A stretch of DNA of 64,000 nucleotides from Candidatus Chisholmbacteria bacterium (lineage in GTDB: Bacteria; Patescibacteriota; Microgenomatia; UBA1400; Chisholmbacteraceae), in assembly GCA_963704905.1 (NCBI GenBank), contig CAVPHZ010000002.1, positions 634-64,633 on the forward strand, given 5' to 3'. The position numbers were made by a program, and so were the translations under genes. Positions 18,436 to 27,875 of this stretch are shown in pieces. A model generated the notes under the pieces. That model saw nothing but the letters and a program-made list of their open reading frames with translations. It was not told the origin of the DNA and searched no databases. The first letter of the stretch is position 1; each line of letters starts with the position of its first letter.

Positions 18436-21153
18436 ATGAAAAAGAAACGAAATTCATCAATGTATAAGTGGATTCTGGTTATTGTTCTGCTTTCACTTTT
18501 CATCATTTGGCCGATGTTCCGGTCCGGATACTGGGAGAGTGATGATGGGGAGTGGATGGTGATTCGCTTTTCAGCCTTTCATGAATCACTAACAGATGGT
18601 CATTTTCCAGTTCGCTGGACGCAGAGGTTAAATCACGAGTTTGGCTATCCGGTCATGAATTTCTTGTATCCACTCCCGTTTTATCTTGCTGAATTGCCAA
18701 AGACACTTGGACTTGGTTTTGTTGATAGTGTCAAAGTCGTATTTGCCTCAAGTGTCGTAATCTCTGGTATTGGTATGTTTCTCTATGCCAAAAAGTGGGG
18801 AAGATTGGAAGGATTGCTTGCTTCAATCTTGTATTTATTCGCTCCATATCGCTTTTTTGTCCTCTACACCAGGGGATCATTAGGGGAGAGTGTAGCACTT
18901 GCCTTTGTACCTTTTCTATTTTATTTATTAGATCGACTTTTCAAGAAACCAAATATGAATAATACTTTGTTAAGCGGCATCATATACGCCACACTCATCA
19001 TGTCGCACAATGTTATCGCACTATTATTCACACCCATCGCCATACTGTACGTCTTCTTCAAACGAACAAGTAAAAAATTTTCACTTACCTATCCCCTTTT
19101 TGCCCTCACTATTGGTCTGTTACTTTCAGCATTTTTCTGGCTACCAGCGATAGCTGAACTGCAATACACCAGAGCAGCGAACCTCGTAATCTCCAACTAC
19201 AGCCAGTATCTTTTAAATGATCCACAGCTCATCTCACGACTTGGGCCAATTCACATGTTTGTTATAGCGGCAGGGTTAATTCTTGGTGCAAAATTCTTTT
19301 CAATCATTGGAATAGTCGTTGCATTTCTGATGCATACAAGCTTCAGTCATATTACGCAGTTTGTACCATTAATTCAAAAAATACAATTTCCATGGAGAAT
19401 GAGCACCGTATTCATGTTTGCTTCAGCCGCAACTGGAGCAAAGGTAATAAGCTCTAAACAAATTAAGAAGCGAGTCAAACCATTTATTGTCATCATCATT
19501 GGTGCGATATTTATTGCATTGTCATTCAATCAAACATACGGCATTAGATACGTTTCAAGAGATGAAGGGTTTTATACAACTAATGATGATACGACGACAG
19601 TGCAAAATGAATTCACGCCAATTTGGGTAATGAATGATCCAAAAAACAAAGTTGACCAGATGTTTGAGATTAAGTCTCATTCGGGAAAGTATGAAATTAC
19701 TGGTGAAGACCATCGAACTGGCTTTCACTTTTTCCAAATCCGCCTTAAAGACGAGGTGATCATTAAGGCTAATATTCATTACTTTCCTGGGTGGGAAATC
19801 TATGTTGATGATAAGAGAATAGAGCTAGATCCATCTCAAACTAATGACCTCTTAGAAGTCTTAGTTACGCCAATAGAATTTAAACTCAGAGATGTTAAAT
19901 TTGTCTTTGAATCAACGCCAATTCGCAAAATTTCAGAGTGGATTTCGATAATTGCTGCGGTTGGAATCACTGCATATTTCATATTCAAATATTTCGGAAA
20001 AAAAGATTGGAAAAAAGCATTGGGGATAACCACTGGAACCATTGCTATCCTAACGATAACGTTCTTTCTGCTGTCAAATCTTCATACATTTAGTGACACC
20101 TTTGACCCGAGAATTTCAGAACAAAAATATCTCAACTCTCAATGGATTGAAGGCGATGCAGGAAAAAATGTTCCCATAGGAGATAGTGGATTATATGCTT
20201 GGGCAGGATGGGAATATGTTCACGGAATAAATCCAATTCTCATTAATCCAGAAATGCCACCGATGGGAAAATACATCATTGGATTGGGGTTGTTGACACT
20301 TCACAGACCTGCAGTCATTGGCCTTATTTTTAACGGCTTTGCACTTCTCTCTCACTTTTTCTTAGCTAAAGAAGTAGTGAAGAATAAATGGCTAGCTATT
20401 ACATCAACCGCCCTTTTATCAACCGAGCCCATCATGAGAAACTTGCTCAACCTAACCATGCTTGATGGTCTACAATTGGGTTTTCTTAACCTAAGTTTCT
20501 TATTTTTCATAAAAGGCTTAAAAAATAAACCCTGGTTTATTCTCTCCTCGCTCATGCTTGGTGCGATGGCGTCTACCAAATTTTATGCTTCATCAGCTTC
20601 TGTTATTGGAAGCCTACTTTTATATCTAATAATTTCTCGAAAGTGGAGAGAATTGTGGTACTTCACATTCACCTTGCCAATAGTTGCCCTCGTACATACA
20701 TTTCAGTACATTGTTTACTTTCTAGACGGGAACTCACTGAGAGGATATCTCGGTGTACAAAAATGGATCTATACATTTTACAAACAAGGGAATGTCGGAA
20801 CGATTCCTGCCGGTTCATACTGGTTACTTGTGCTATTTAATCGCTGGAGAGTCTGGTTTACCGATGAGTGGGGCGTCTATAAAACGATTACCAGTGATTT
20901 GTGGAGATTTTCTTGGCCATTGAATTTATTTGCTGTATGTTCCTCAGTTTACCTATCCCTCAAAAAGCAGTTTCAGGAAGGTCAAAATGTTCTCATTATC
21001 TGGTTGCTTGTTTACAGCGGGTTCCTGACCTTCGTCATTGGCTGGCCACATTACATGCTACTCTATTTGCCTTTCAGTTATATCTTGCTTGTCTCCCTTA
21101 TTGATAAACTCGCACCTATTACCTTGAAAAGACTGGAAAAATGGAAAAAGTAA
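18436..21153 (+). CDS. large GT-C-like polytopic membrane protein, divergent YfhO-related family (C-terminal PGW domain); paralog of 21141 and 53800 genes
   Basis: N-terminal signature SGYWESDDGEWMVIRFSAFHESLTDGHFPVRWTQ...GYPVMNFLYPLPFYL, at least 12 TM segments, and C-terminal HYFPGWEIYVDDKRIELD as in the YfhO C-terminal domain. 905 aa. Confidence 0.6.
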   Translation: MKKKRNSSMYKWILVIVLLSLFIIWPMFRSGYWESDDGEWMVIRFSAFHESLTDGHFPVRWTQRLNHEFGYPVMNFLYPLPFYLAELPKTLGLGFVDSVKVVFASSVVISGIGMFLYAKKWGRLEGLLASILYLFAPYRFFVLYTRGSLGESVALAFVPFLFYLLDRLFKKPNMNNTLLSGIIYATLIMSHNVIALLFTPIAILYVFFKRTSKKFSLTYPLFALTIGLLLSAFFWLPAIAELQYTRAANLVISNYSQYLLNDPQLISRLGPIHMFVIAAGLILGAKFFSIIGIVVAFLMHTSFSHITQFVPLIQKIQFPWRMSTVFMFASAATGAKVISSKQIKKRVKPFIVIIIGAIFIALSFNQTYGIRYVSRDEGFYTTNDDTTTVQNEFTPIWVMNDPKNKVDQMFEIKSHSGKYEITGEDHRTGFHFFQIRLKDEVIIKANIHYFPGWEIYVDDKRIELDPSQTNDLLEVLVTPIEFKLRDVKFVFESTPIRKISEWISIIAAVGITAYFIFKYFGKKDWKKALGITTGTIAILTITFFLLSNLHTFSDTFDPRISEQKYLNSQWIEGDAGKNVPIGDSGLYAWAGWEYVHGINPILINPEMPPMGKYIIGLGLLTLHRPAVIGLIFNGFALLSHFFLAKEVVKNKWLAITSTALLSTEPIMRNLLNLTMLDGLQLGFLNLSFLFFIKGLKNKPWFILSSLMLGAMASTKFYASSASVIGSLLLYLIISRKWRELWYFTFTLPIVALVHTFQYIVYFLDGNSLRGYLGVQKWIYTFYKQGNVGTIPAGSYWLLVLFNRWRVWFTDEWGVYKTITSDLWRFSWPLNLFAVCSSVYLSLKKQFQEGQNVLIIWLLVYSGFLTFVIGWPHYMLLYLPFSYILLVSLIDKLAPITLKRLEKWKK

Positions 21154-22895
21154 ATTCTTTACTCAAGCGTCATTGGGCATTCATCGTCATTGTCTTTCTG
21201 ACAATTCCAGCCATGCTTCCATTATTCAAATCTGGATTCTTTCCCATACATGATGATCAACAGGTGGTTCGATTATTTGAACTGGATCGATCGCTTGCCG
21301 CTGGCCAATTTCCTGCCCGGTGGGTTAAGAATCTTGGCTTTGGATTTGGTTATCCATTATTTATTTTTTATCCACCTTTCATCTACTACCTTGGGGAAAT
21401 ATTTCACCTTGGTTTGGGAACAGGATTTATCGATTCAATAAAATTGGTCTTCGCAGCCGCATTTATTGGGGCAGCATATTCTATGTATCTTTGGGTAAAA
21501 GAGCATTTCGGTAAAGTACCGGCAATTGTTGCCGCAGCATTGTATACCTACGCGCCATATCATGCAGTTGATGCATATGTAAGAGGTGCGCTTGCTGAGC
21601 TCATGTCGTTTGTCTGGCTACCTGTAATTTTACTCGCTACAGATCGGTTAATCACAAAAAAACAAAAGCACTATTGGCTGTGGCTGGGAGTTTTTCTCGC
21701 ACTTCTGATGATCACGCATAATCTTATCTTTCTACCATTTTTCCCACTCTTTCTGATTTACGCTGGCTTTCTCCTTCTAAAAACAACTAATAAAACACCC
21801 CATATACTACATACTATTTACGCTATACTCTTAGCCCTTGGACTCAGTGCCTTCTTCTGGATTCCAGCACTTATTGAAAAGCAATACACGTTGGTAGATT
21901 CAATCTTGCTTTCAGAACTGGCCAGTTACAAACTACATTTTGTTGAGTTACAACAACTATGGAACTCTCTTTGGGGATTCGGCGGCTCAACCGCCGGTCT
22001 CTTAGACGGTCTATCGTTTAAAATTGGTAAACTCCATGTAGTTCTTTCAATATTCTCGGTAGCTGTTTTGGGAGTTTACTACAAGCAGACGCGAGAAAAA
22101 CCAATAACATATTCTGTATTTATTGTCTCAATTCTTACTCTCCTAAGTGTATTCCTCACAACTGTGTTTTCTCAAGTCATCTGGGAAATAGCTAGTCCAC
22201 TGCAATTCCTCCAATTTCCCTGGAGATTCCTGACATTTATCGTTCTTGGTTCTGCATTCCTCTCAGCCGGTTTTATTTATGCCTTCGAGATCATACTCAA
22301 AAACTCACTCGCAACACTTGTCCTAGTGATTACGGTTCTTATTCTTTTATTCATTCCAAACCTCAAACTCTTTGCACCCCAGTCATATCTTGATGTAACT
22401 GATAGCTATTACACATCAGATGATTTCATTAAATGGAGAATCAGCAAAACCAGTTTTGAATTTGTACCAAAAGGAGTTAAAACAACTACGGAATATCAAC
22501 AACTTGAAAATAAAGAGATCACTCAGGTTGCAATAAGCGAAAATGAAATTCGAAAAACAGCATATGAAGTTCTCAGCGGAAATGTTGAAGTAAGTATTGT
22601 CCAAGATAATCCCGGAAATATCATACTAGAAACAAAATCAAGCCAAGAAAGCCAAGTTCAGCTCAATACATTTGATTTCCCTGGCTGGTCGGTACGATTG
22701 GATAGGGAAAATATTCAGCACAGTTCTCAAAATGATTTACATTTGATACGGGTAAATATTCCTGACGGTGAACACACGATTGAAGCAAGATTCTCAGAAA
22801 CCCCAGTAAGAAAGCTTTCAGACCTCATAACTCTCTCATCTCTTGGTATTTTCTTCTACTTTTTATTTAATGAGTACTTACTTAATAAGAAGTGA
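21141..22895 (+). CDS. GT-C-like polytopic membrane protein, divergent YfhO-related family (paralog of 18436/53800)
   Basis: SGFFPIHDDQQVVRLFELDRSLAAGQFPARWVKNLGFGFGYPLFIFYPPFIYYL...YTYAPYHAVDAYVRGALAE, with C-terminal FDFPGWSVRLDRENI. Confidence 0.6.
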   Translation: MEKVNSLLKRHWAFIVIVFLTIPAMLPLFKSGFFPIHDDQQVVRLFELDRSLAAGQFPARWVKNLGFGFGYPLFIFYPPFIYYLGEIFHLGLGTGFIDSIKLVFAAAFIGAAYSMYLWVKEHFGKVPAIVAAALYTYAPYHAVDAYVRGALAELMSFVWLPVILLATDRLITKKQKHYWLWLGVFLALLMITHNLIFLPFFPLFLIYAGFLLLKTTNKTPHILHTIYAILLALGLSAFFWIPALIEKQYTLVDSILLSELASYKLHFVELQQLWNSLWGFGGSTAGLLDGLSFKIGKLHVVLSIFSVAVLGVYYKQTREKPITYSVFIVSILTLLSVFLTTVFSQVIWEIASPLQFLQFPWRFLTFIVLGSAFLSAGFIYAFEIILKNSLATLVLVITVLILLFIPNLKLFAPQSYLDVTDSYYTSDDFIKWRISKTSFEFVPKGVKTTTEYQQLENKEITQVAISENEIRKTAYEVLSGNVEVSIVQDNPGNIILETKSSQESQVQLNTFDFPGWSVRLDRENIQHSSQNDLHLIRVNIPDGEHTIEARFSETPVRKLSDLITLSSLGIFFYFLFNEYLLNKK

Positions 22896-24427
22896 AAAAG
22901 TCTCGAAATGCAAAGCTACTCCCTCAAGAGCAGAAGCTCAAAAAGATCATTATAGTAAGTTGTGGTTTACTTCTAGTAGTCACCTTCTATCTTCATGCTC
23001 GACTGATAGTAATCAATGCTCCAATTGAACTCAGAGAAAGTGCAACTGTTCTTACCACCAGTGCATTACTCAAAGGCATCAACCCATTTTCGCTGGAACA
23101 CACACCGGAATTTATTAATGTACACGGAATTCTATACAACCTTGTTGTCTACCCGTTTGCTGCATTCTTCGGATCTACTTTTTTACTCCATCGTAACGTT
23201 TCTGCTTTTTTTATCTTCGCCTCAACTGTTTTGATTTATTTGGCGATATTGAAGGAGAGTCATTCTTCTTGGCTAGCATTTACAGCATCAGTTTTCATAT
23301 ATTCCCAGATCGTAATTGGCACACCGATTGGGATGTCAGGAGGTTTTGATGTGGTTTCACGACCGGATTCACTTGGAATGTTTTTGTTTTTAGCCAGCCT
23401 GCTCATACCATATTGGTTAAAGTTCAGTAATAGAGGATTAATAGTAGGTTTAACACTTGGAATATTGGCGTTTTTTGCAAAGCCGTACTTTATTCTCGGA
23501 CTTGTCTTTCTAGGCATTTACCTGTTTCTCTTCAATGCAAAGAAGACAGGTCTGATATTTTCACTAGGCGGAGTAGCGCTATTCATATTCGTTGCATGTA
23601 TCGTACAGTATTATTTTGAAACCTATTTTTTTAATGTTGTCCTCATCCATCATGGTATTCGTAGCTGGAGCTTTCCACATCTCATCAGCCAGATTAAGAC
23701 GATAGTTGTGTGGAATGGAGCACCATTAGCCGTGCTCATTTTGTGGCTAACGCAAAAGAAAGCAGCAAGAGTAAAAATTGACTATTTTTCATCAGCGCTG
23801 GTTTTTTTTACGATTATAACTGTTACGCTTTTCGGACCGCACATGGGAAATGCGATGAGCTACTTCACTCACCTCATCACACCTTTTCTGCTTATCTGGG
23901 TTTTTTCCAACATCCAAAATCCTCTATTCAACAAAGATCGCTTGTTTTTATATTTCCTGATAATCGTAAACGTAGGCATAGTGGGATTTGCAGCTACCTC
24001 ATACTATCCAAAAACTCAGATAAATAAGGCAGAGTGGAAGTGGTGGGAACAGCGGTTGAAAAAAAGTGAGAAAATATTTAACTCTTCAGCAACAGCTCAC
24101 ATAGTATTTGAGCAGAATAAGCAGCTCTATGATAATGGCCATTCTGAGTATCTAAAATATGGTCTTGAGACAAACGACAAACTTATGCTTGTACCAAGCG
24201 CAAGAGCTAAGCTGGAAGCGTATACAACTGATATACAGGGTAAAATTCACAGTCAGTTTTTCGACCTCGTTATCATCGGCGAAAATAGTTTTCCGGTCTT
24301 TTCCCGCCAAGAACTTGCCAAGACATATCAACTCGAAGACACGCGCCGAATCACCATGTACAAACAATCTTGGCTAGAAGAACTGTGGATTCCAAGAATC
24401 GATACAGAGGAGGTTAGTGAGAAATGA
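22892..24427 (+). CDS. polytopic membrane protein, uncharacterised (possibly another GT-C-like protein); GTG start
   Basis: 511 aa with about 12 hydrophobic segments and a roughly 150-aa hydrophilic C-terminal domain. No family signature recognised. GTGA overlap with the upstream stop. Confidence 0.5.
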   Translation: MKKSRNAKLLPQEQKLKKIIIVSCGLLLVVTFYLHARLIVINAPIELRESATVLTTSALLKGINPFSLEHTPEFINVHGILYNLVVYPFAAFFGSTFLLHRNVSAFFIFASTVLIYLAILKESHSSWLAFTASVFIYSQIVIGTPIGMSGGFDVVSRPDSLGMFLFLASLLIPYWLKFSNRGLIVGLTLGILAFFAKPYFILGLVFLGIYLFLFNAKKTGLIFSLGGVALFIFVACIVQYYFETYFFNVVLIHHGIRSWSFPHLISQIKTIVVWNGAPLAVLILWLTQKKAARVKIDYFSSALVFFTIITVTLFGPHMGNAMSYFTHLITPFLLIWVFSNIQNPLFNKDRLFLYFLIIVNVGIVGFAATSYYPKTQINKAEWKWWEQRLKKSEKIFNSSATAHIVFEQNKQLYDNGHSEYLKYGLETNDKLMLVPSARAKLEAYTTDIQGKIHSQFFDLVIIGENSFPVFSRQELAKTYQLEDTRRITMYKQSWLEELWIPRIDTEEVSEK

Positions 24428-25449
24428 GTAAGCTTTCAATCTGGGCAAATCTATGTCCAAGAAAGTTATTTTGGGAACTTCGTCAACTTGATGACACACC
24501 CGCTTCAATCAAGCCATGGTGGAAACAAACACAGATCCTCTATAAATGTCTTAAGCTGTTAAAAAACATTGGTATTGATGGTTTGCGTCTCAATATATTT
24601 AATCTGGAACTAACATCAGATGGAAAGCGAATACACTGGAATCGGTTAGAGAAGATCTTAGAAATGACCAGTAAACTAGGGTTGAAGATCGACTATTGTC
24701 TCGGGCCATTTCAATATCCTCAATGGCCAGGCATTCGTCTCCCGGAAAAGATACTTTCTTACTGTGATGGAAGATTAACTCTTGATGAGGTAGATGTCAT
24801 TAAAGAATTTGGTCTGAAATTTCTTGCATTGCAACTGAATCGTCTTGGAAATGATAAGAGAATTTCAAGTTTTTACTTGGGGAACGAATGGCCAAATCGT
24901 CAAGAGATAGAAGGAACTAAAGGCAAGTATATCTCAATCTCCAAAGACTTCATGTTGAAATCAGCAGAACTTTATAAAAACGTAACGAATAAACCAATAA
25001 TCATGAATACCAATATTGACGCAGGTGAAACAAAAAAACTCATAGAAGTTTTTTCTCCTTTTATAGATCTTCTGAGATCACAATTATGGATAGGTCTAGA
25101 TATTTACCCTTCCAGAGAGAACCTTCTGCATCATCCAAAGATATGGTGGCACCGAAAAAGAGGGAACTATATGAGCTCGATAGGAAGGCTCAAAGATGAA
25201 CTCACAAAGAACTTACTCTTTTCTGAAGTTGAAGCCCAACCATGGGGAAAAGGAGAATCATGGGTTGAATATTTCAAGTTAAAGATGGAAACCTACACCA
25301 AGAAAGATTTTAAGAATACAATGAATAACATTATTATCCCCTCGGGATTGGAAAAAACCACACTCTGGGGTGCAGAATTCTGGCTCCTCAGTCATTTTCT
25401 AGGCTTCAACTGGCCACTGAGGATAATTAATGAACTGACATCAACTTAA
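24424..25449 (+). CDS. soluble hypothetical protein, possibly TIM-barrel clan GH-A-like glycoside hydrolase
   Basis: No TM segments or signal peptide. Contains LGNEWPN (reminiscent of the GH-A acid/base 'NEP' motif) and a later EVEAQPWG. This is a weak, motif-only inference. ATGA coupled. Confidence 0.4.
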   Translation: MSKLSIWANLCPRKLFWELRQLDDTPASIKPWWKQTQILYKCLKLLKNIGIDGLRLNIFNLELTSDGKRIHWNRLEKILEMTSKLGLKIDYCLGPFQYPQWPGIRLPEKILSYCDGRLTLDEVDVIKEFGLKFLALQLNRLGNDKRISSFYLGNEWPNRQEIEGTKGKYISISKDFMLKSAELYKNVTNKPIIMNTNIDAGETKKLIEVFSPFIDLLRSQLWIGLDIYPSRENLLHHPKIWWHRKRGNYMSSIGRLKDELTKNLLFSEVEAQPWGKGESWVEYFKLKMETYTKKDFKNTMNNIIIPSGLEKTTLWGAEFWLLSHFLGFNWPLRIINELTST

Positions 25450-25461
25450 ATTCAACACTTT

Positions 25462-26970
25462 TTGAAATGCTACAATAGTTTCATGCAGGAACACACCCCT
25501 GAAGATCGCCTTCTGGAAGAAATCGATATTGAGGAAGTGAAGCATAGGTCTGTAAAAGGCGTCGTTGCCTTAGCTGGTCGAACTGGTTTTCTTCAGACAC
25601 TGACACTTGTAGCAACCTTCATGCTCACAGTATTTCTTTCCCCTCAGGAGTACGGTATATTTTTTGTGGTCTCAGCAGTAGTTAATTTTCTCATCTATTT
25701 TTCCGACATTGGTCTTGCAGCAGCGCTCATTCAAAAGAAAGAAAGTATTGAAGAGGATGATCTCGCTACAACCTTCACTATCCAACAGATGATGGTAGTA
25801 ACCCTTGTTGTAATTTCTCTTTGGGGCTCAGCACACATAGCAGGTTTCTATCAGTTGAGTCCTGGTGGTTTATCGCTCCTCCGTGCTTTGATCGTTGCAT
25901 TTTTCTTATCATCACTCAAAACAATTCCATCAATTATTCTTGAACGTAAACTTCAATTTAATAAACTAATAATTCCTCAAATTGTTGAAAATATTGTTTT
26001 TTATTCGGTAGCCGTCTACTTTGCCTGGCAAGGAAAGGGAGTTGAAAGTTTTACTGTAGCAGTTCTGCTCAGAGGATTATCGGGGTTGTTTGTTATGTAT
26101 CTCCTCCAACCATGGAGGCCAGCCTTCGCTTTCAAGAGAAAATCTGCCAAACAACTCCTGTCTTTTGGTGTTCCCTTTCAGGCCAATAGCTTGCTTGCAC
26201 TGGTAAAAGATGATTTACTCACAGCCTATTTAGGCAGAGTACTGACACTTGCTGAGGTAGGTTTTATCGGATGGGCACAGCGCTGGGCGCTAACTCCATT
26301 ACGGTTTTTCAGCGATAGCATCATCAAAGTCACCTTCCCAGCCTACTCACGGTTACAACACGAAAAGGAAGCACTAAAAAAGGCAGTAGAAAAATCCATA
26401 TTTGCAGTTGCTACAGTTGTCTTCCCATCCGTAGTTGGGTTAATAACCATTGCACCGGCAATGATTCAAATTATTCCCCGATATGAAAAGTGGCAACCTG
26501 CACTTCTATCACTAACTCTTTTTGGAGTGAATGCACTCTGGTCTTCAATTTCTACCACCCTTACCAATACGCTCAATGCAACCGGGCACATCAAAAAAAG
26601 CCTGATGCTCATGGTAATGTGGACGACGTTGACATGGGTGTTAACACCCGTACTTATAGCAGTAGTCGGATTCAATGGTGTTGCGTTGGCCTCAGCATTA
26701 ACAGCCACGTCCTCAATCGTTGCCATTTATCTCGTCAGAAAGATTGTCCAAATTGAGATCATGCCCAACATTACCGCACCGATCATTTCTACCGCAATGA
26801 TGGGCGCTCTCGTATATGCGCTTACGCCAGTACTAGCCTCTTCATTAGCTAGAATCGGTCTATTGATACTGACTGCTGTTATACTGTATGCGTTTTTAAT
26901 GATGTTGTTTGCGGGCAAAAAAGTGCTTCAAGAATTTGCTTTGGTTAGGAATTATTTAAAGACTAAATGA
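25462..26970 (+). CDS. Wzx-like polysaccharide/oligosaccharide flippase (MOP superfamily, Polysacc_synt family)
   Basis: 502 aa with about 12-14 TM segments; the N-terminal region VKHRSVKGVVALAGRTGFLQTLTLVATFMLTVFLSPQEYGIFFVVSAVVNFLIYFSDIGLAAALIQ is typical of Wzx/RfbX-type exporters. Confidence 0.75.
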   Translation: MKCYNSFMQEHTPEDRLLEEIDIEEVKHRSVKGVVALAGRTGFLQTLTLVATFMLTVFLSPQEYGIFFVVSAVVNFLIYFSDIGLAAALIQKKESIEEDDLATTFTIQQMMVVTLVVISLWGSAHIAGFYQLSPGGLSLLRALIVAFFLSSLKTIPSIILERKLQFNKLIIPQIVENIVFYSVAVYFAWQGKGVESFTVAVLLRGLSGLFVMYLLQPWRPAFAFKRKSAKQLLSFGVPFQANSLLALVKDDLLTAYLGRVLTLAEVGFIGWAQRWALTPLRFFSDSIIKVTFPAYSRLQHEKEALKKAVEKSIFAVATVVFPSVVGLITIAPAMIQIIPRYEKWQPALLSLTLFGVNALWSSISTTLTNTLNATGHIKKSLMLMVMWTTLTWVLTPVLIAVVGFNGVALASALTATSSIVAIYLVRKIVQIEIMPNITAPIISTAMMGALVYALTPVLASSLARIGLLILTAVILYAFLMMLFAGKKVLQEFALVRNYLKTK

Positions 26971-27875
26971 AAATATCGGTAGTAATCACCGCTCATAACG
27001 AGGAAAAGATGATTGAGGATTGCCTCAAGTCTGTAAACTGGGCAAATGAGATTATTCTCGTAGATAACGAATCAAGTGACAATACTGGCACAATTGCGAA
27101 AAAATTTACAGATAAAATATTCACTCATAAAAACGATCCAATAAATTTGAATGACAGCAAAAACTTTGGATTTACTAAGGCTTCCGGAGATTGGATCTTA
27201 AGTATAGATGCGGACGAACGAATTAGTCCTGAACTTCACAAAGAGATAATCCAAAGACTCATGGGCGCTCCTGACTATGTCGATGGCTATCTTATACCAA
27301 GAAAAAATATCATCTTTGGAAAATGGATTAAGCATGGTCTGTGGTATCCAGACCACCAACTGAGACTATTTAGAAAAGGTAAAGGAAAATTCCCAAGCAA
27401 ACACAACCACGAACTTCTTGAAGTTAAGGGTCAGACATTAGAACTTAAACAACACATCGTCCACCTCAACTACACCTCAGTAGATCAATATCTTAACAAA
27501 ATCGCTTATTACTACTCTGACAATGAAGCTGAACAATACCTCAATTCTGGGAAAAAGCTCCAGTGGTATGATGCTATTCGAATGCCAGCTTCAGATTTTC
27601 TCCTTAATTTCTTCGCCAGAAGTGGGTACAAAGACGGTTTACATGGGTTAGCATTGAGTTTACTGCAGTCGTTTTACATGTTCATTGTGTTTGCTAAAGT
27701 TTGGGAAAAACAAGGATTTTGGGAATACAATAGTAAAGAATTTCTTGAGGATACAAAAAAAGAATTCATTTCAAAAGGAAAAGAATTGCGGTACTGGATC
27801 AGTCGAACAAGGGAAGAAAATAGCGGCGATATTGAACGACTACTGTTGAAAGTCAAACGGAAACTACTTCCATGA
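26967..27875 (+). CDS. GT2 glycosyltransferase, WaaE/KdtX-like subfamily
   Basis: ISVVITAHNEEKMIEDCLKSVNWANEIILVDNESSDNTGTIAKKF...WILSIDADERISPEL. Paralogous to the 36140 and 55548 genes. Confidence 0.8.
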   Translation: MKISVVITAHNEEKMIEDCLKSVNWANEIILVDNESSDNTGTIAKKFTDKIFTHKNDPINLNDSKNFGFTKASGDWILSIDADERISPELHKEIIQRLMGAPDYVDGYLIPRKNIIFGKWIKHGLWYPDHQLRLFRKGKGKFPSKHNHELLEVKGQTLELKQHIVHLNYTSVDQYLNKIAYYYSDNEAEQYLNSGKKLQWYDAIRMPASDFLLNFFARSGYKDGLHGLALSLLQSFYMFIVFAKVWEKQGFWEYNSKEFLEDTKKEFISKGKELRYWISRTREENSGDIERLLLKVKRKLLP

